A stretch of DNA of 64,000 nt from positions 120,778,001-120,842,000 of the forward strand of contig CM059432.1 of NCBI GenBank assembly GCA_030390025.1, read 5' to 3'. The translations under genes and the position numbers were made by a program. The DNA comes from Squalus acanthias. Taxonomy: Eukaryota. Position 1 is the stretch's first letter, and each line of letters begins with the position of its first letter. Positions 24,255-36,994 of the stretch are shown here, in pieces. The notes under the pieces were generated by a model that saw only the letters and a list, made by a program, of their open reading frames with translations, did no database searches and had not been told where the DNA came from.

Positions 24255-25194
24255 ATGGCAGCACAGCTCGGCCCCATGGCATGCTCCTCCTGCACTATGT
24301 GGGAATTCAGGGACACTTCCTGTGTCCCTGACGACTATGTGTATCCAGCTGCAGCTACTGGCAGACCGCATTGCGGCGCTGGAGCTGTGAATGGATACAT
24401 ACTGGAGCATTCGCGATGCTGAGGACATCGTGGATAGCACGTTTAGGGAGTTGGTCACACCGCAGGTAAAGGTTGCACAGGCAGGAAGGGAATGGGTGAC
24501 CGCCAGGCAGAGTAGTAGGTGCAGGCAGGTAGTGCAGGGGTCCTCTGTGGCCATCCTCCTCTCAAACAGATATACCACTTTGGATATTGTTGAGGGAGAT
24601 AGCTTATCGGGGGAAGGCAGCAGCAGCCAACTTCCTGGCAACATGGGTAGTTCTGCTGCACAGGATGGGAGGAAAAAGAGCGGGAGAGCTATAGTGATAG
24701 GGGATTCTATTGTAAGGGGAATAGATAGGCATTTCTGCGGCCACAAACAAGACTCCAGATTGATACGTTGCCTCCCTGGTGGAAGGGTCAAGGATGTCTC
24801 GGAGCGGCTGCAGGGCATTCTGGAGGGGGAGGGTGAACAGCCAGTTGTTGTGGTGCATATAGGTACCAACAATATAGGTAAAAAATGGGATGAGGTCCGA
24901 AAAGCTGAATATAGGGAGTTAGGAGGTAAATTAAAAAATAGGACCTCAAAGGTAGTAATCTCAGGATTGCTACCAGTGCCACATTTTAGTCAGAGTAGAA
25001 ATAGAAGGATATTTCAGATGAATACGTGGCTAGAGGAATGGTGCAAGGGGGAGGGATTCAAATTCCTGGACATTGGAACCGGTTCTGGGGGAGGTGGGAC
25101 CAGTACAAACTGGACGGTTTGCACCTGGGCAGGACCGGGACCTGATGTCCTAGGGGGAGTGTTTGCTAGTGCTCTTGGGGAGGGTTTAAACTAA
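24255..25194 (+). pseudogene. CR1 ORF1 (Cys motif, leucine zipper, SGNH esterase-like), disrupted
   Basis: Motifs ACSSC.MW, LLADRIAALEL, IVIGDSIVRG, CLPG, VVHIGTNN and DGLHL; stop at about 24388 and frameshifts. Confidence 0.9.
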
Positions 25195-25195
25195 A

Positions 25196-28177
25196 ATGGC
25201 AGGGGGTTGCGAACCTGTGCAGGGAGACAGAGGAAAGGGAAGCAAGAATAGAAGCAAAGGACAGGAAGCAGAAAAGCAAAAGTGGAAGGCAGAGAAATCA
25301 AGGGTGTAAATCAAACAGGGCCACAGTAAATGATAATTCTAAAAGAACTAAGAGTGTTAAAAAAACAAGCCTGAAGGATTTGTGTCTTAATGCGAGGAGC
25401 ATTCGTAATAAGGTGAATGAATTAGCTGCACAAATGGATGTAAACGGATATGATATAATTAGGATTACGAAGACATGGCTCCAGGGTGACCAAGGCTGGG
25501 AATTCAACATCCAGGGGTATTCAATATTCAGGAAGGACAGGCAAAAAGGAAAAGGAGGTGGGTTAGCATTGCTGGTTAAAGAGGAGATTAACGCAATAGA
25601 AAGGAAGGATATTAGCTCTGATGATGTGGAATCTGTATGGGTAGAGCTGAGAAATACCAAAGGGCAGAAAACATTAGTGGAGGTGTATACAGACCCCCAA
25701 ACAGTAATGCTGAGGTTGGGGATGGCATTAAATGGGAAATTAGAGATGCGTGCAATAAGAGCACAGCAGTCATCATGGGTGACTTCAATCTACATATAGA
25801 TTGGGCTAACCACGTTAATAACAATACTGTGGAGGAGGAATTCCTGGAGTGTATACGGGATGGTTTCCTGGACCAATATGTCAAGGAACCAACTAGAGAT
25901 CAGGCCATCTTAGACTGGGTATTATGTAATGAGAAAGGATTAATTAGCAATCTTGTTGTGCGAGGCCCCTTGGGGAGGAGCGATCATAATATGAAAGAAT
26001 TCTTCATTAAGATGGAGAGTGAAGTAGTTGACTCAGAGACTAGGGTCCTGAATTTAAATAAAGGAAACTACGATGGTATGAGGCGCGAACTGGCTCAGAT
26101 GGATTGGGGAGCATTACTTAAAGGGTTGATGGTGGATAGGCAATGGCAAACATTTAAAGATCGCATGGATGAACTAAAGAATTTGTTCATCCCTGTTTGG
26201 CATAAAAAATAAAACAAAAAAGTTGACTCAACCGTGGCTCACAACGGAAATTAGGATAGTATAAAATCCAAGGAGAGGACTTATAAATTGGCCAGAAAAA
26301 GCAGCAAACCTGAGGATTGGGAGCAGTTTAGGATTCAGCAAAGGAGGACAAAGGGATTAATTAAGAGGGGGGAAATAGAATATGAGCGTAAGCTTACAGG
26401 GAACATAAAAACTGACTGTGAAAGCTTCTATAGATATGTGAAGAGAAAAAGATTGGTGAAGTCAAGCGTAGGTCCCGTGCAGTCAGAATCAGGGGAATTT
26501 ATAATGGGGAACAAAGAAATGGCAAACCAATTAAATACATACTTTGGTTCTGTCTTCACAAAGGAGGACACAAATAACCTCCCAGAGATGTTGGGGAACA
26601 TAGGGTCTAATGAGAGGGAGGAATTGAATGAAATCAGTATTTGTAGGGAAATGGTGTTAAGGAAATTGATGGGATTGAAGGCCGATAATCTCCAGGGCCT
26701 GATAATCTACAACCTAGGGTACTTAAGGAAGTGGCCCTAGAAATAGTAGATGCATTGCTGGCCATCTTTCAAAATTCTATAGACTCTGGAACAGTTCCCA
26801 TGGATTGGAGGGTAGCTAATGTAACCCCACTATTTAATAAAGGTGGTAGAGAGAAAATGGAGAATTATAGACCAGTAAGCCTGACATCGGTAGTGGGGAA
26901 AATGCTAGAGTCCATCATAAAAGATGTAATAGCAGAGCACTTGGAAAACAGTGACAGGATCGGACAAAGTCAACATGGATTTACAAAAGGTAAATCATGC
27001 TTGACTAATCTACTGGAATTTTTTGAGGATGTAACTGGTAGAACAGATAAGGGAGAACCAGTGGATCTGCTGTATTTGGACTTTCAGAACGCTTTCGATA
27101 AGGTCCCGCATAAGAGATTGGCGTGCAATGTTAAAGCACATGGGATTGGGGGTAAGGTACTGACTTGGATAGAGAACTGGTTGGCAGACAGGAAGCAAAG
27201 AGTTGGAATAAACGGGTCTTTTTCTGAGTGGCAGGCAGTGACGAGTGGGGTACCGCAGGGATCGGTGCTAGGACCCCAGCTATTCACAATATATATTAAT
27301 GATCTAGATGAGGGAACTAGATGTAATATCTCCAAGTTTGCAGACGACACAAAGCTGGGTGGGCGTGTGTGCTGTGAGGAGGATGCAGAGAAACTCCAGT
27401 ATGATTTGGACAGGTTGGGTGATTGGGCAGATGCATGGCAGATGCAGTATAATGTGGTTAAATGCGATGTTATCCACTTTATTGGCAAAAACAGGAAGAC
27501 AGATTATTATCTGAACGGCAATAGACTGGGAAAAGGGGAAGTGCTACAAGACCTTGGCGCCCTTGTGCACTAGTCGCTGAAGGTAAGCATGCAGGTGCAG
27601 CAGGCGGTTAAGAAGGCAAATGGTATGTTGGCCTTCATAGCGAGAGGGTTCGAGTACAGGAGCAAGGATGTCTTGCTGCAGTTGTACAGGGCCTTGGTGA
27701 GACCACACCTTTGAGTATTGTGTGCAGTTTTGGTCGCCTTATCTGACGAAGGATGTTCTTGCCATGGAGGGAGTGCAGCGAAGATTCACCAGACTGATAC
27801 CTGGGATGGCAGGAATGATGTATGAAGAGAGATTGAGTCGATTAGGCTTATATTCACCAGAGTTTAGAAGAATGAGAGGGGATCTCATTGAAACTTATAA
27901 AATTCTAACAGGACTATACAGACTAGATGCAGGAAGGATGTTCCCGATGGCGGGGGAGTCCAGAACCAGAGGTCACAGTCTAAGGATAAGGGGTAAGCCA
28001 TTTAGGACTGAGATGAGGAGGAATTTCTTCACCCAGAGAGTGGTGAACTTTGTGGAATTATCTACCACAGAAGGCAGTTGAGGCCAATTCATTAAATATA
28101 TTCAAGAAGGAGTTAGATATATTTCTTAAGGCTAAAGGGACCAAGGGATATGGGGAGAAAGCAGGGACAGGGTACTG
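25196..28177 (+). pseudogene. CR1 ORF2 endonuclease-reverse transcriptase, multiply frameshifted
   Basis: Motifs LNARSIRNK, YRPP, GDFN, SDH, NYRPVSLTS, QHGF, GVPQGSVLGP and FADD across ORFs from 25380 to 28081. Confidence 0.93.
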
Positions 28178-30771
28178 AATTTGGATGATCAGCCATGATC
28201 TCATTAAATGGTGGAACAGGCTCGAGGGGCTGAATGGCCTACTCCTGCTCCTATCTTCTATGTTTCTATGAAAACATGAATGCTGGGGGCCAGTTGCCAA
28301 GTTTTGGGGTATAAGTGTTATTGGACACTGACAATCGAGGCTATAGTTGATGGTGACCTGGTCAGTTGCCTGTTAAAGTTAGTCATACGTCTAGTCATCG
28401 TTGAATTGACCATTCATCTGGTGAATAGCATGTATGTGGTTTTGCTTATAATCATTTGAGCTTAAAGTGAATGATTTTAGATCCTTGCTTGTGATAAATA
28501 CATGAAATGAGTACAGTTTGTATTCTGCTAATTACTTGTAACCTCTTACTGATTTTTAAGTAAAAGAAGTTTCACAGAGTCATTGGGTTTTGTGTTGTCT
28601 GTTCCACGGGTCTGAACTCTATAAACTGTCAGACAATCAGAACGTCTTACAATGGCCTGCACAGGCGTTGGTCCCACTGCTAAATTGTCGGGCCCTTTTT
28701 TTAGGCTTTCCAAGCAGACGTCTAAAACAGGCATTAGGTCTTAAATATGTCCTGTTGAAGGACCCCATCAAGAAATTAGTCGGTGATGAACAAGGCAGCC
28801 ATCGGGCTTGTCCCTCTCAGGATTCTGCAGCAGAGCCTGCAGCCAGTAACTCCAGGCATGTTTAAAAAAAAATGTTTAAACCCATCCTGAGGATCCAGGA
28901 GAAGCAGGGGCTGCAATCACCCCTCCGTCGCCCACTCCAACCACCCCCTCCTGGGACTTAACTGAGGGCCGCTGTTAGCAAGGCAGGCAGCCAAGCATTG
29001 ATGTCTTGGAGCACTGGCTGCTCACCCAAATGAAAATGGGCCCAGACTCCTTTCTAGGCTTGTAAGTCCTCACAACCTGTTCAAATGTGTATCTGTTAAC
29101 CTGCCCTAGTGTTTGTTCTTATAATTTTCAATGAGAAGAGAAGAGAACCCCCTCACATGCGAACGACTCAACCAGACAAATGACCTGACTCGTATGCTTT
29201 TGGGTGCCTGAGATTTAAGGCATGAGGAAAGATTAAGAAGGCTGGGCTTGTTTTGTTAGGAAAATAGGTGAGTGCAATGTGACCTACCTGAAGCTTTCAA
29301 TATTGTAAAAGAACTGACAAAGTTGGATCAGATAGTTAAGCATAAGGAGGGAGGTTAGGTAGAACTTTTCAACCAAAGGTAAACAGAGTTGCAGAATTGA
29401 AGCAAACAATATAAATGGCTTCAAGAGACAATTAAAGGTTTTAGGACAGCAATCAAGAGGGGAAACCTTTTTGGCCAGTTTTTCCTTTCCTAACCCAGAG
29501 CACTAGGGCCAGTTGGAGAGCTGCCCTGGAGAGAGCTCTGCAGATGTGTGCTTACAGCACTGCATTTTTAACATTTTGAGAGCATTTGCTTTCTCAAAAG
29601 ATTGCAGAGACCCTGCAGTAAGCTTATTATGTGCCCAGAGGGCAGGCAGACAACCTGAGCAGCTTCTAAACCTTGCTTTAGATTGCACTGAAATTCTATT
29701 CACATGGTGTCAGGCCCAAGGAATTTGATCTGGCTTCCCTGAAAACATATCACACGACAGCATCCCGCAGTCAGACCAGGACCTGACCCCAGAGTGGTGC
29801 TGCTCCTTTACAACTGTGGAAGTATAACTGCGTCGTCATGATGCATTAGCGCTACACGCTTAGTGGTGATAAAAAGCGATTTTGGCTTTGCACTGACACT
29901 AAGAGGGTAATTTTGACTGGATGATCATGTAAATCGGGCGATATCGATACAGCCGCCCATTATACATCTCTCCCGATTTTAATTTCCAGCCTGCAGTCTA
30001 AGTTAGTAGAATGTACGTTGAGGGTCGAGTCTGGATCTGACTGTGAAGTAAAGAAGAGTGAGAGTACCGCCTACAGGGAATCTCACTTCTCTTCACTCTG
30101 CTGTCAAGTTGGCCTTTTACACCAGATTCAGGCTGCAATCACACTATAACTGAAGGTTGATCCAAAGTAACACCACTTTGCGCCAGTGCTACAGTTATAA
30201 TGTGAATGTACCTTTGGATCCAAAGGAATGATTGCAGTTCATCAGTGAAGAGAGCAACTTGTTTCTTCCTTGTAGTGACAGATTTAATTTGTTCAGATGT
30301 ATGTGAGATTACAGAGGAAATGGACATTTGCCACTTACCAGTTTTGTACAGAAGACATTACACAGATTTTAAAACTCTTTGATTTCTGGTAATAGTGCAG
30401 CTAGCCACTGAAGAACATTGCCTCTGCTGAGCCTTCGGACTTGATTATGCAAGAGGAGATCAGAACACCAAGGTCTGCTTGTTGAAGGAGAGGCTTGAAA
30501 AGCCTCTGATTGAGAGCTTCAGCATGCATGATATTAAGTGTTCACCACCAGCTGCATGACTGGAATAAGCTCTTTATCTTTGAAGTTGACACATAATGCT
30601 TCTCAGTGTATGACACCTTGCTCATCCAAGGAAAGTGGGATACCAACTCTGCTTTAAAAAGAGAATGAAAGCTTTTCTGAAACCATGGAAAGAGTACCAT
30701 CTGTTGTAAGACTAACAAGGTTGGACCAGGAGATTTGTTGCTTTGAAAAACAACTTCCTAAATGATATTAA

Positions 30772-32472
30772 TGAGAAGTCGCACAACACCAGGTTATAGT
30801 CCAACAGATTTATTTAATTTTACAAGCTTTCGGAACAGTTCGCTCCTTCGTCAGGTAAGTTAGCAGTGAGAGAATCTCCGAGAATTCACAATTTAAACAC
30901 AGACAAAATATATTCAAATCTTTCCCTACATCAAAGAGCACAGCCAAGACAATGAGATGTGTCCCAGGGGGTCCAACGTGTCAAACCACCTGCTGGCTGC
31001 ATATCCTGTCAATCTGTGTAGGTTCTTGTGTTAGTCTTTTTAAAAAAAAACACCTGGGAAGACCGGCCATGATGTCAAGTCACGTTCTGTATCGTGACAT
31101 GAACCCGATATCGCGATTGAGGCCATCCTCATGAGTGCGGAACTTGGCTATCAGTTTCTGCTCTATGATTTTGCGCTGTCGTGTATCTCGAAGGCCGCCT
31201 TGGAGAACGCTTACCCGCATATCCGAGGCTGAATGCCCCTGGCTGCTGAAGTGTTCCCCGACTGGGAGGCAACCCTCCTGCCTGGCGATTGTTGCGCGGT
31301 GTCCGTTCATACGTTGTCTCAGTGTCTGCATGGTCTCGCCGATGTACCATGCTCTGGAGCATCCTTTACTGCAACGTATCAGGTAGACAACGTTGGCCGA
31401 GTCACATGAGTATGTACCGTGTACCTGGTGGGTAGTGTCCTCACGTGTGATGATGTATCTGTGTCCATGATTTGGCATGTCTTGCAGAGGTTGCCGTGGC
31501 AGGGTTGTGTGGTGTCTTGGTTGCTGTTCTCCTGAAAGATGGGTAATCTGCTGCGAACGATGGTACTTTTGAGGTTAGGCGGCTGCTTGAAGGCGAGTAG
31601 TGGAGGCGTGGGGATGGCCTTAGCAAGGTGTTCGTCGTCATCGATGACATGTTGAAGGCTGCGAAGAACATGGCGTAGTTTTTCCGCTCCGGGGAAGTAC
31701 TGGACGACGTAGGGTACTCTGTTGGTTGTCCCGTGTTCGTCTTCTGAGGAGGTCTATGCGGTTTTTCGCTGTGGCCCGTCGGAACTGTCGATCGACGAGT
31801 CGAGCGTCATATCCCGTTCTTACGAGGGCGTCTTTCAGTGTCCGTAGGTGTCCATCGCGTTCCTCCTCGTCTGAGCAGATCCTGTGTATTCGCAGGGCTT
31901 GTCCATAGGGGATGGCTTCTTTAACGTGGTTAGGGTGGAAGCTGGAGAAGTGGAGCATCGTGAGGTTGTCCGTGGGCTTGCGGTAGAGTGAAGTGCTGAG
32001 GCGTCCGTCTTTGATGGAGATTCGTGTGTCCAAGAATGAAACCGATTCTGAGGAGTAGTCCATGGTGAGTTTGATGGTGGGATGGAACCTGTTGATGCTA
32101 TCGTGTAGTCCTTTCAGTGATCCTTCGCCGTGGGTCCAAAGGAAGAAGATGTCGTTGATGTATCTGGTGTACAGCGTTGGTTGGAGGTCCTGTGCAGCGA
32201 AGAAGTCTTGCTCGAACTTGTGCATGAAGATGTTGGCATATTGGGGTGCGAATTTGGTCCCCATGGCTGTTCCGTGTGTTTGGGTAAAAAAATGGTTGTC
32301 GAAGGTGAAGACATTGTGGTCAAGGATGAAGCGGATGAGTTGTAGGATGGCGTCCGGAGATTGGCTGTTGTTGGTGTTGAGTACTGAAGCTGTCGCAGCG
32401 ATGCCGTCATTGTGGGGGATATTGGTGTAGAGTGCCGATACGTCCATTGTGACGAGGAGTGTTCCTTCCACA
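30772..32472 (-). mobile_element. Penelope-like retroelement, 5'-truncated
   Basis: RT motifs (MDVSALY, GTAMG, RYIND, FLD, YRKPT) plus a GIY-YIG endonuclease (VVYLIRC..C...YIGET...R...H). Perfect 13-bp TSD TAAATGATATTAA (30759-30771, 32473-32485). Confidence 0.95.
30820..30858 (-). ncRNA. Minimal type I hammerhead ribozyme in the Penelope terminal region
   Basis: The minus strand reads ttac-CTGACGA-A-ggagc-gaact-gttcc-GAAA-gc-TT-gtaa: 4-bp stem I, 5-bp stem II, and a palindromic AAGCTT stem III. Confidence 0.75.
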
Positions 32473-33317
32473 TAAATGATATTAAGTATGTTTTCTACTC
32501 CAGTCTCGTCACGTAACAGAAGTAACAAAGCATTTTTTTCTTTTGGCAGAGCAACTCAGAAATACATCTGACAGCACAACTAACTGGACAAAAACACTTA
32601 TATGTGTGGACTCATTGATTGCCAAACTGAATTCTGCTTTTCAACTTGCTGAGAACTTGTTCCTGGATGTTATTTCCCATGAGCTCAATTCTACAACTGT
32701 AAGTTGAATCTGACAGCAGCACTGCCTGAATGTCCTTCATTATCCAGTCTTTCTTAATGTAACTGCCAAAGTCCTCGCCACAACTTTCTTCATCATCTGG
32801 CTGTCAGCGAGTGGCCTCATGTAAGGTTGCGACATATTATGTAAGAAGCCTCTGGGACTCTTTTTGAATCCCTCCTGTGGCAATTGTTGCTGTGCTTGAA
32901 GAGATTTCATTTGAAGGACGCAACATTCTCAGAATGGAGCATTCCCTTAAGTGCATATTTCACATCGAAATCAAGATGTGATGTTGCTCCAACTTAGACT
33001 TCTTCAGCACTATTAGCTGCTCTTTGAAAAAACAGGTTGCTGACTTTGCTAACCCTTCAATGCAAAACTGTCTTTCTCCTAAGTGGAATGGAACACACAA
33101 TGTTCTGATTCTAAACTTATTTTACTGAGGGTTTTCCCTCGGTTAGTTGGCAACAGTTCTCCAGTTCTAAAATCTGTGGAGCAGTGCTTTCAATGTCAGT
33201 ATTGTAGTCAACGCCCTATTTATCACAAAAAGCTGGTAATTTATGTTCCATTTAACAGCGAGGGCTTTCCATGTTGGAATGGGATCATTTGTTTAGTGAC
33301 TGAAACAAAAACAGAAA

Positions 33318-33910
33318 GGGGGAGAAAATGGACCTGCTTATTGGATGCAAAACAGGGTCAAAAAATTCCAATTTTGTGGGGCTATTTCCCGTGCCCTAAA
33401 GACGCCTGAAATACGTCAATGCTATTTTGGCTCAGATGATATGCAGGCATTCCTGGTGGCCACCTTAAACAGACATTAGGCCGCTTGGATATGCTAATGA
33501 GGGGCCTAACGTCAGTTTAAGGTCTGTTCTCAGAATTGGTCAGCCCAGAGTTCCACTCAGATTTTCCTGTTCTTCCTGCGGCCTAACTTACTTTCAATTG
33601 GAGCCAGGAGGAGCAGGAGTGCCATTGCTGGCCTGCGCCTGTTCCTTCCAATTCTCCTCTCCCTCCCTCCGCCCCCTCCCTGGCCCCAGAGCCTACCTGA
33701 GAGCCGCTGCTGACATTGCAAACAGCTCAAATTGGAGGGGAGCCAATCAACAAGCTGCCTCTGGGCACCTGATTGGCATCTGCAGCTCGCTGGAATTATG
33801 CTAATGAGTAACGAGGCCCAATTTTGTACAACCCTCAGGCTTCCACTCGGATTTTTCTTGATGCACTGCACCCAGGTGATCCAATACACCAAAGCGCAGC
33901 AACAGGACAA
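33318..33910. mobile_element. Old Harbinger-type MITE
   Basis: Starts gggggagaaaatgg; interior is similar to about 28690-29050. Confidence 0.45.
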
Positions 33911-34556
33911 TCTGACTTCCAATGCGAAATAAACAATAAAGGTATCATTATGCGATTGTGACTTGATGAATCATATTTCAGGCACAAAAACTGCAGAAAA
34001 TTACTGCATGTGTTATGAATCTTTAGTACAGTATAATCAAGAGTAATAAAAAATATGACGTTCCTCTCTCCAACTGATTCTCTGAAGCTAAAAACAGTCT
34101 GGAAACAGCTTCAGACAATGTGGTCCCAACCAATCTGTTGGAGTGCCGAGGTGCTATTTCAATAGGTTAAACTATATTTAGTCACCTTATCAATATACAG
34201 TAAGCAAGTTTACATTTTCTCCCCTTGTCTTTGTTCAGATTTTCCCATTGAGTACACTTTTCTACAGCTGAGAGAGCAGACAGATGAACTGCTCCCCTCC
34301 CTCTTTCAGCGGCACTTTGTGACAAGCAACTAGGAGGTACATGAAAACAGCTGATGAGTGACTCAACCTGTAATTTTCACTGCTCCCCTGTAGTACAAGT
34401 GAGACTGGGGAATTGTAGCCACAGACTCAAATCCTATCAACCCATAGCACAGTACATTAGAGCAGTAACAGCCTATCATTCTGCCCTAGACTACAGTAGG
34501 TTCGAAGATCAATAATAGGCTAACAGTTGCAGTTTTATGAAGATAGGGGATACAAT

Positions 34557-35161
34557 ATTTTTTTTTTGTTCATGGGATGTGGGCATCGCTGGCAAGACCA
34601 GCATTTATTGCCCATCCCTAATTGCCCTTAAGAAGGTGGTGGTGAGCCGCCTTCTTGAACCGCTGCAGTCTGTGTGGTGAAGGTACTCCCACAGTGCTGT
34701 TAGGTAGGGAGTTCCAGGATTTCGACCCAGCGACGATGAAGATCGGCGATATACTTCTAAGTCAGGATGGTGTGTGACTTGGAGGGAACTTGGAGGTGGT
34801 GGTGTTCCCATGCGCCTGCTACCCTTGTCCTTCTAGGTGGAAGAGGTTGCAGGTTTGGGAGGTGCTGGCAAAGAAGCCTTGGCGAGTTGCTGCAGTGCAT
34901 CTTGTAGATGGCACACACTGCAGCCACGGTACGCCGGTGGTGGAGGAAGTGAATGTTTAAGGTGGTGGATGGGGTGCCATTCAAGCGGGCTGCTTTGTCC
35001 TGGATGGTGTCAAGCTTCTTGAGTGTTGTTGGAGCTGCACTCATCCAGGCAAGTGGAGAGTATTCCATCACACTCCTGACTTGTGCCTTGTAGATGGTGG
35101 AAAGGCTTTGGGGAGTCAGGAAGTGAGACACTTGCCACAGAATACCTAGCCTCTGACCTGT
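34557..35161 (-). mobile_element. 5'-truncated copy of the 350-3520 LINE family
   Basis: ORF 34757-35170 is nearly identical to the C-terminus of 2593-3282; same 3' UTR and a poly-A tail. Confidence 0.92.
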
Positions 35162-36994
35162 CACATTCATTAAAAAGAGAATTGTCTTTATTATTGCATA
35201 TTTTATTATAGGACAAGCTTTTCAAAGTAACTGTAATATGTTCTCCCCCTAAAGCAGGCAACACCCATTTCTCTGTACTATTGGAATTTTTAAGCTTTAT
35301 GTAGCCTTGCCAAAAGTAGTCCATATACAAATCACAAGCTAGTTTGACCTATGATACAAAAGAAACTGTGCACCTAAAATTGACAATATGTGCTCCTGTT
35401 AGAATACATAAGATAGCTGTAGATTTGCAATACTCTCGCATCTGAACAATAAGTGAATTGACCTCAAATTGCGAGTGAAAAATTAAGTATATGGGTAAAT
35501 ATGGTCCAGTTTTAAAGACGCGATGAATGTTTGTGTTATTTTTTAATTTCATGTATGCTGCCTGTGTAACTGGTTGTCTCTGTTTCAAAATTATCAGCTG
35601 GCTTAACATCCTTTGGTATTGTATGGATTAAAAGATTCTTATAAAATTCCTTTCAGTGCTATTTTCATGCAGTCATGTAGCACACAAAGGAATGAACATA
35701 TAAAGCAGCGTGCTACCAGAGGAAATCAAACCGCTTAATATGCACTACCTATTTTCCCCACAATTCAGGGCCACTGAAAGTGAAAACTGGGCCAGCTTAT
35801 TGGTTTCCCTCCTTAAAAACAAACATTTAAATTCATTGGGCTGTGAAATGTCTGGATGGAAAATCAGAGTGCAGGAGAGTCAATGGGGATCATTTTCCCA
35901 TTCACCGCTCGGGCTCTAAACTGATGGAGCAGATCGCCCGCCTGTTGGAGAACTTGCCCGATATTTATTTCCATTGAAATCTGCCAATTTGCAGCCCATG
36001 CTATGAAGGCGAAAATCACCTCCCACATCTCTTACATGAATAAAGAATGCAGAATATGCTTCTATTCATGAAGAAACTAAACAAACAAAAAATCACTAGA
36101 TGCCTACGATGGAATTGGAGAAAATAGCAGAAAGCTGCACTCCCACGTTCTGTTCATTATACAATCTTTGCTTATTTAGCACTGGCAACACGGCGATTTT
36201 ATGATAATGACCCTCAAATTAAAAATCTCCCTCCATCTCTTGACCCTCCTACACTAGTTTTCGAATTGACTGCACTGATCAGGAAATATGAAATGAATGT
36301 ATGTATATAAGGCTACATTATACAAATGGCAACATAGCGTTAAAAGCTTTTTATTTCACTAATGTACAAAAGGTCGGTAACGCAATACTTGTATTCGAGG
36401 TTTGATAACATTGCTCACAGTTGAGCAACGGAATATTTCTCTTAAATGGGTAAGTAAACTAAAAAGAATGGAAATGATTCAAATATCTGTGTGTTCATAT
36501 TCTCAGTGAGATAGGACCCATGGACTCACAGTCAAACTAAACTAATGGAAACCAATAAAGTTTTTTTTTCTTATCCAAGAGTTCATCTTGCTGAGGCCTG
36601 TAGTCCTTTGCTGACCATAACTAAACTGCAGGTGGAATCAATAAACGTGTTACTAATTACAGAGTTTATGTATTGAGGTTTGAGTGCACAATGGAGAAAA
36701 CAGAACAAAGACCCAATAAGGTTGCTGTACTTGTACTGTCCAGTATCACCTTTCATTATATCTAACTGTTACATTCATTATTTTTAACCTTTTTTATGCT
36801 TCAATGCAAAGATAATACTGTGTTCTTTTTAATTGTTTAATCATTTTAGAATTCATTTTGCAGATAGATTAATAATGAGAACCTTATCAGTTTTTTATAA
36901 TCTATAGAAATCCAATGCTTTCAAATATGAATTAGTGCTTGAAACTAAAAATACATTTCAGATAATATTCCTCTTCCCCTTCCAATGATGATGG

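Larger units (their letters stand above)
23829..28270 (+). mobile_element. Full-length CR1 LINE (HER1-like)
   Basis: 5' UTR, ORF1 with esterase, ORF2 EN-RT, 3' UTR ending (TTCTATGT)n. Possible TSD AAAACA (23823-23828, 28271-28276). Confidence 0.95.
23567..28651 (+). mobile_element. Old LTR-like repeat split by the CR1 (parts about 23567-23828 and 28271-28651)
   Basis: Both CR1 flanks align collinearly with the reverse complement of about 62790-63310. Candidate termini are tgtaa and ttaca. Confidence 0.6.
30150..33080 (-). pseudogene. Fossil hAT transposase (Buster/SPIN, GTF2IRD2-like), split by the Penelope insertion
   Basis: Minus-strand peptides FSLAINESTHI (about 32600-32631), LLLHNQVRRLSRGNVLQ (30408-30458) and HLNKLNLSLQGRN (30261-30299). 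Confidence 0.8.

Noticed and set aside
24240..24872. 210-aa minus-strand ORF and similar shadow ORFs over the LINEs, Penelope and Harbingers
   Set aside because: They are antisense to TE coding frames, with no independent evidence.
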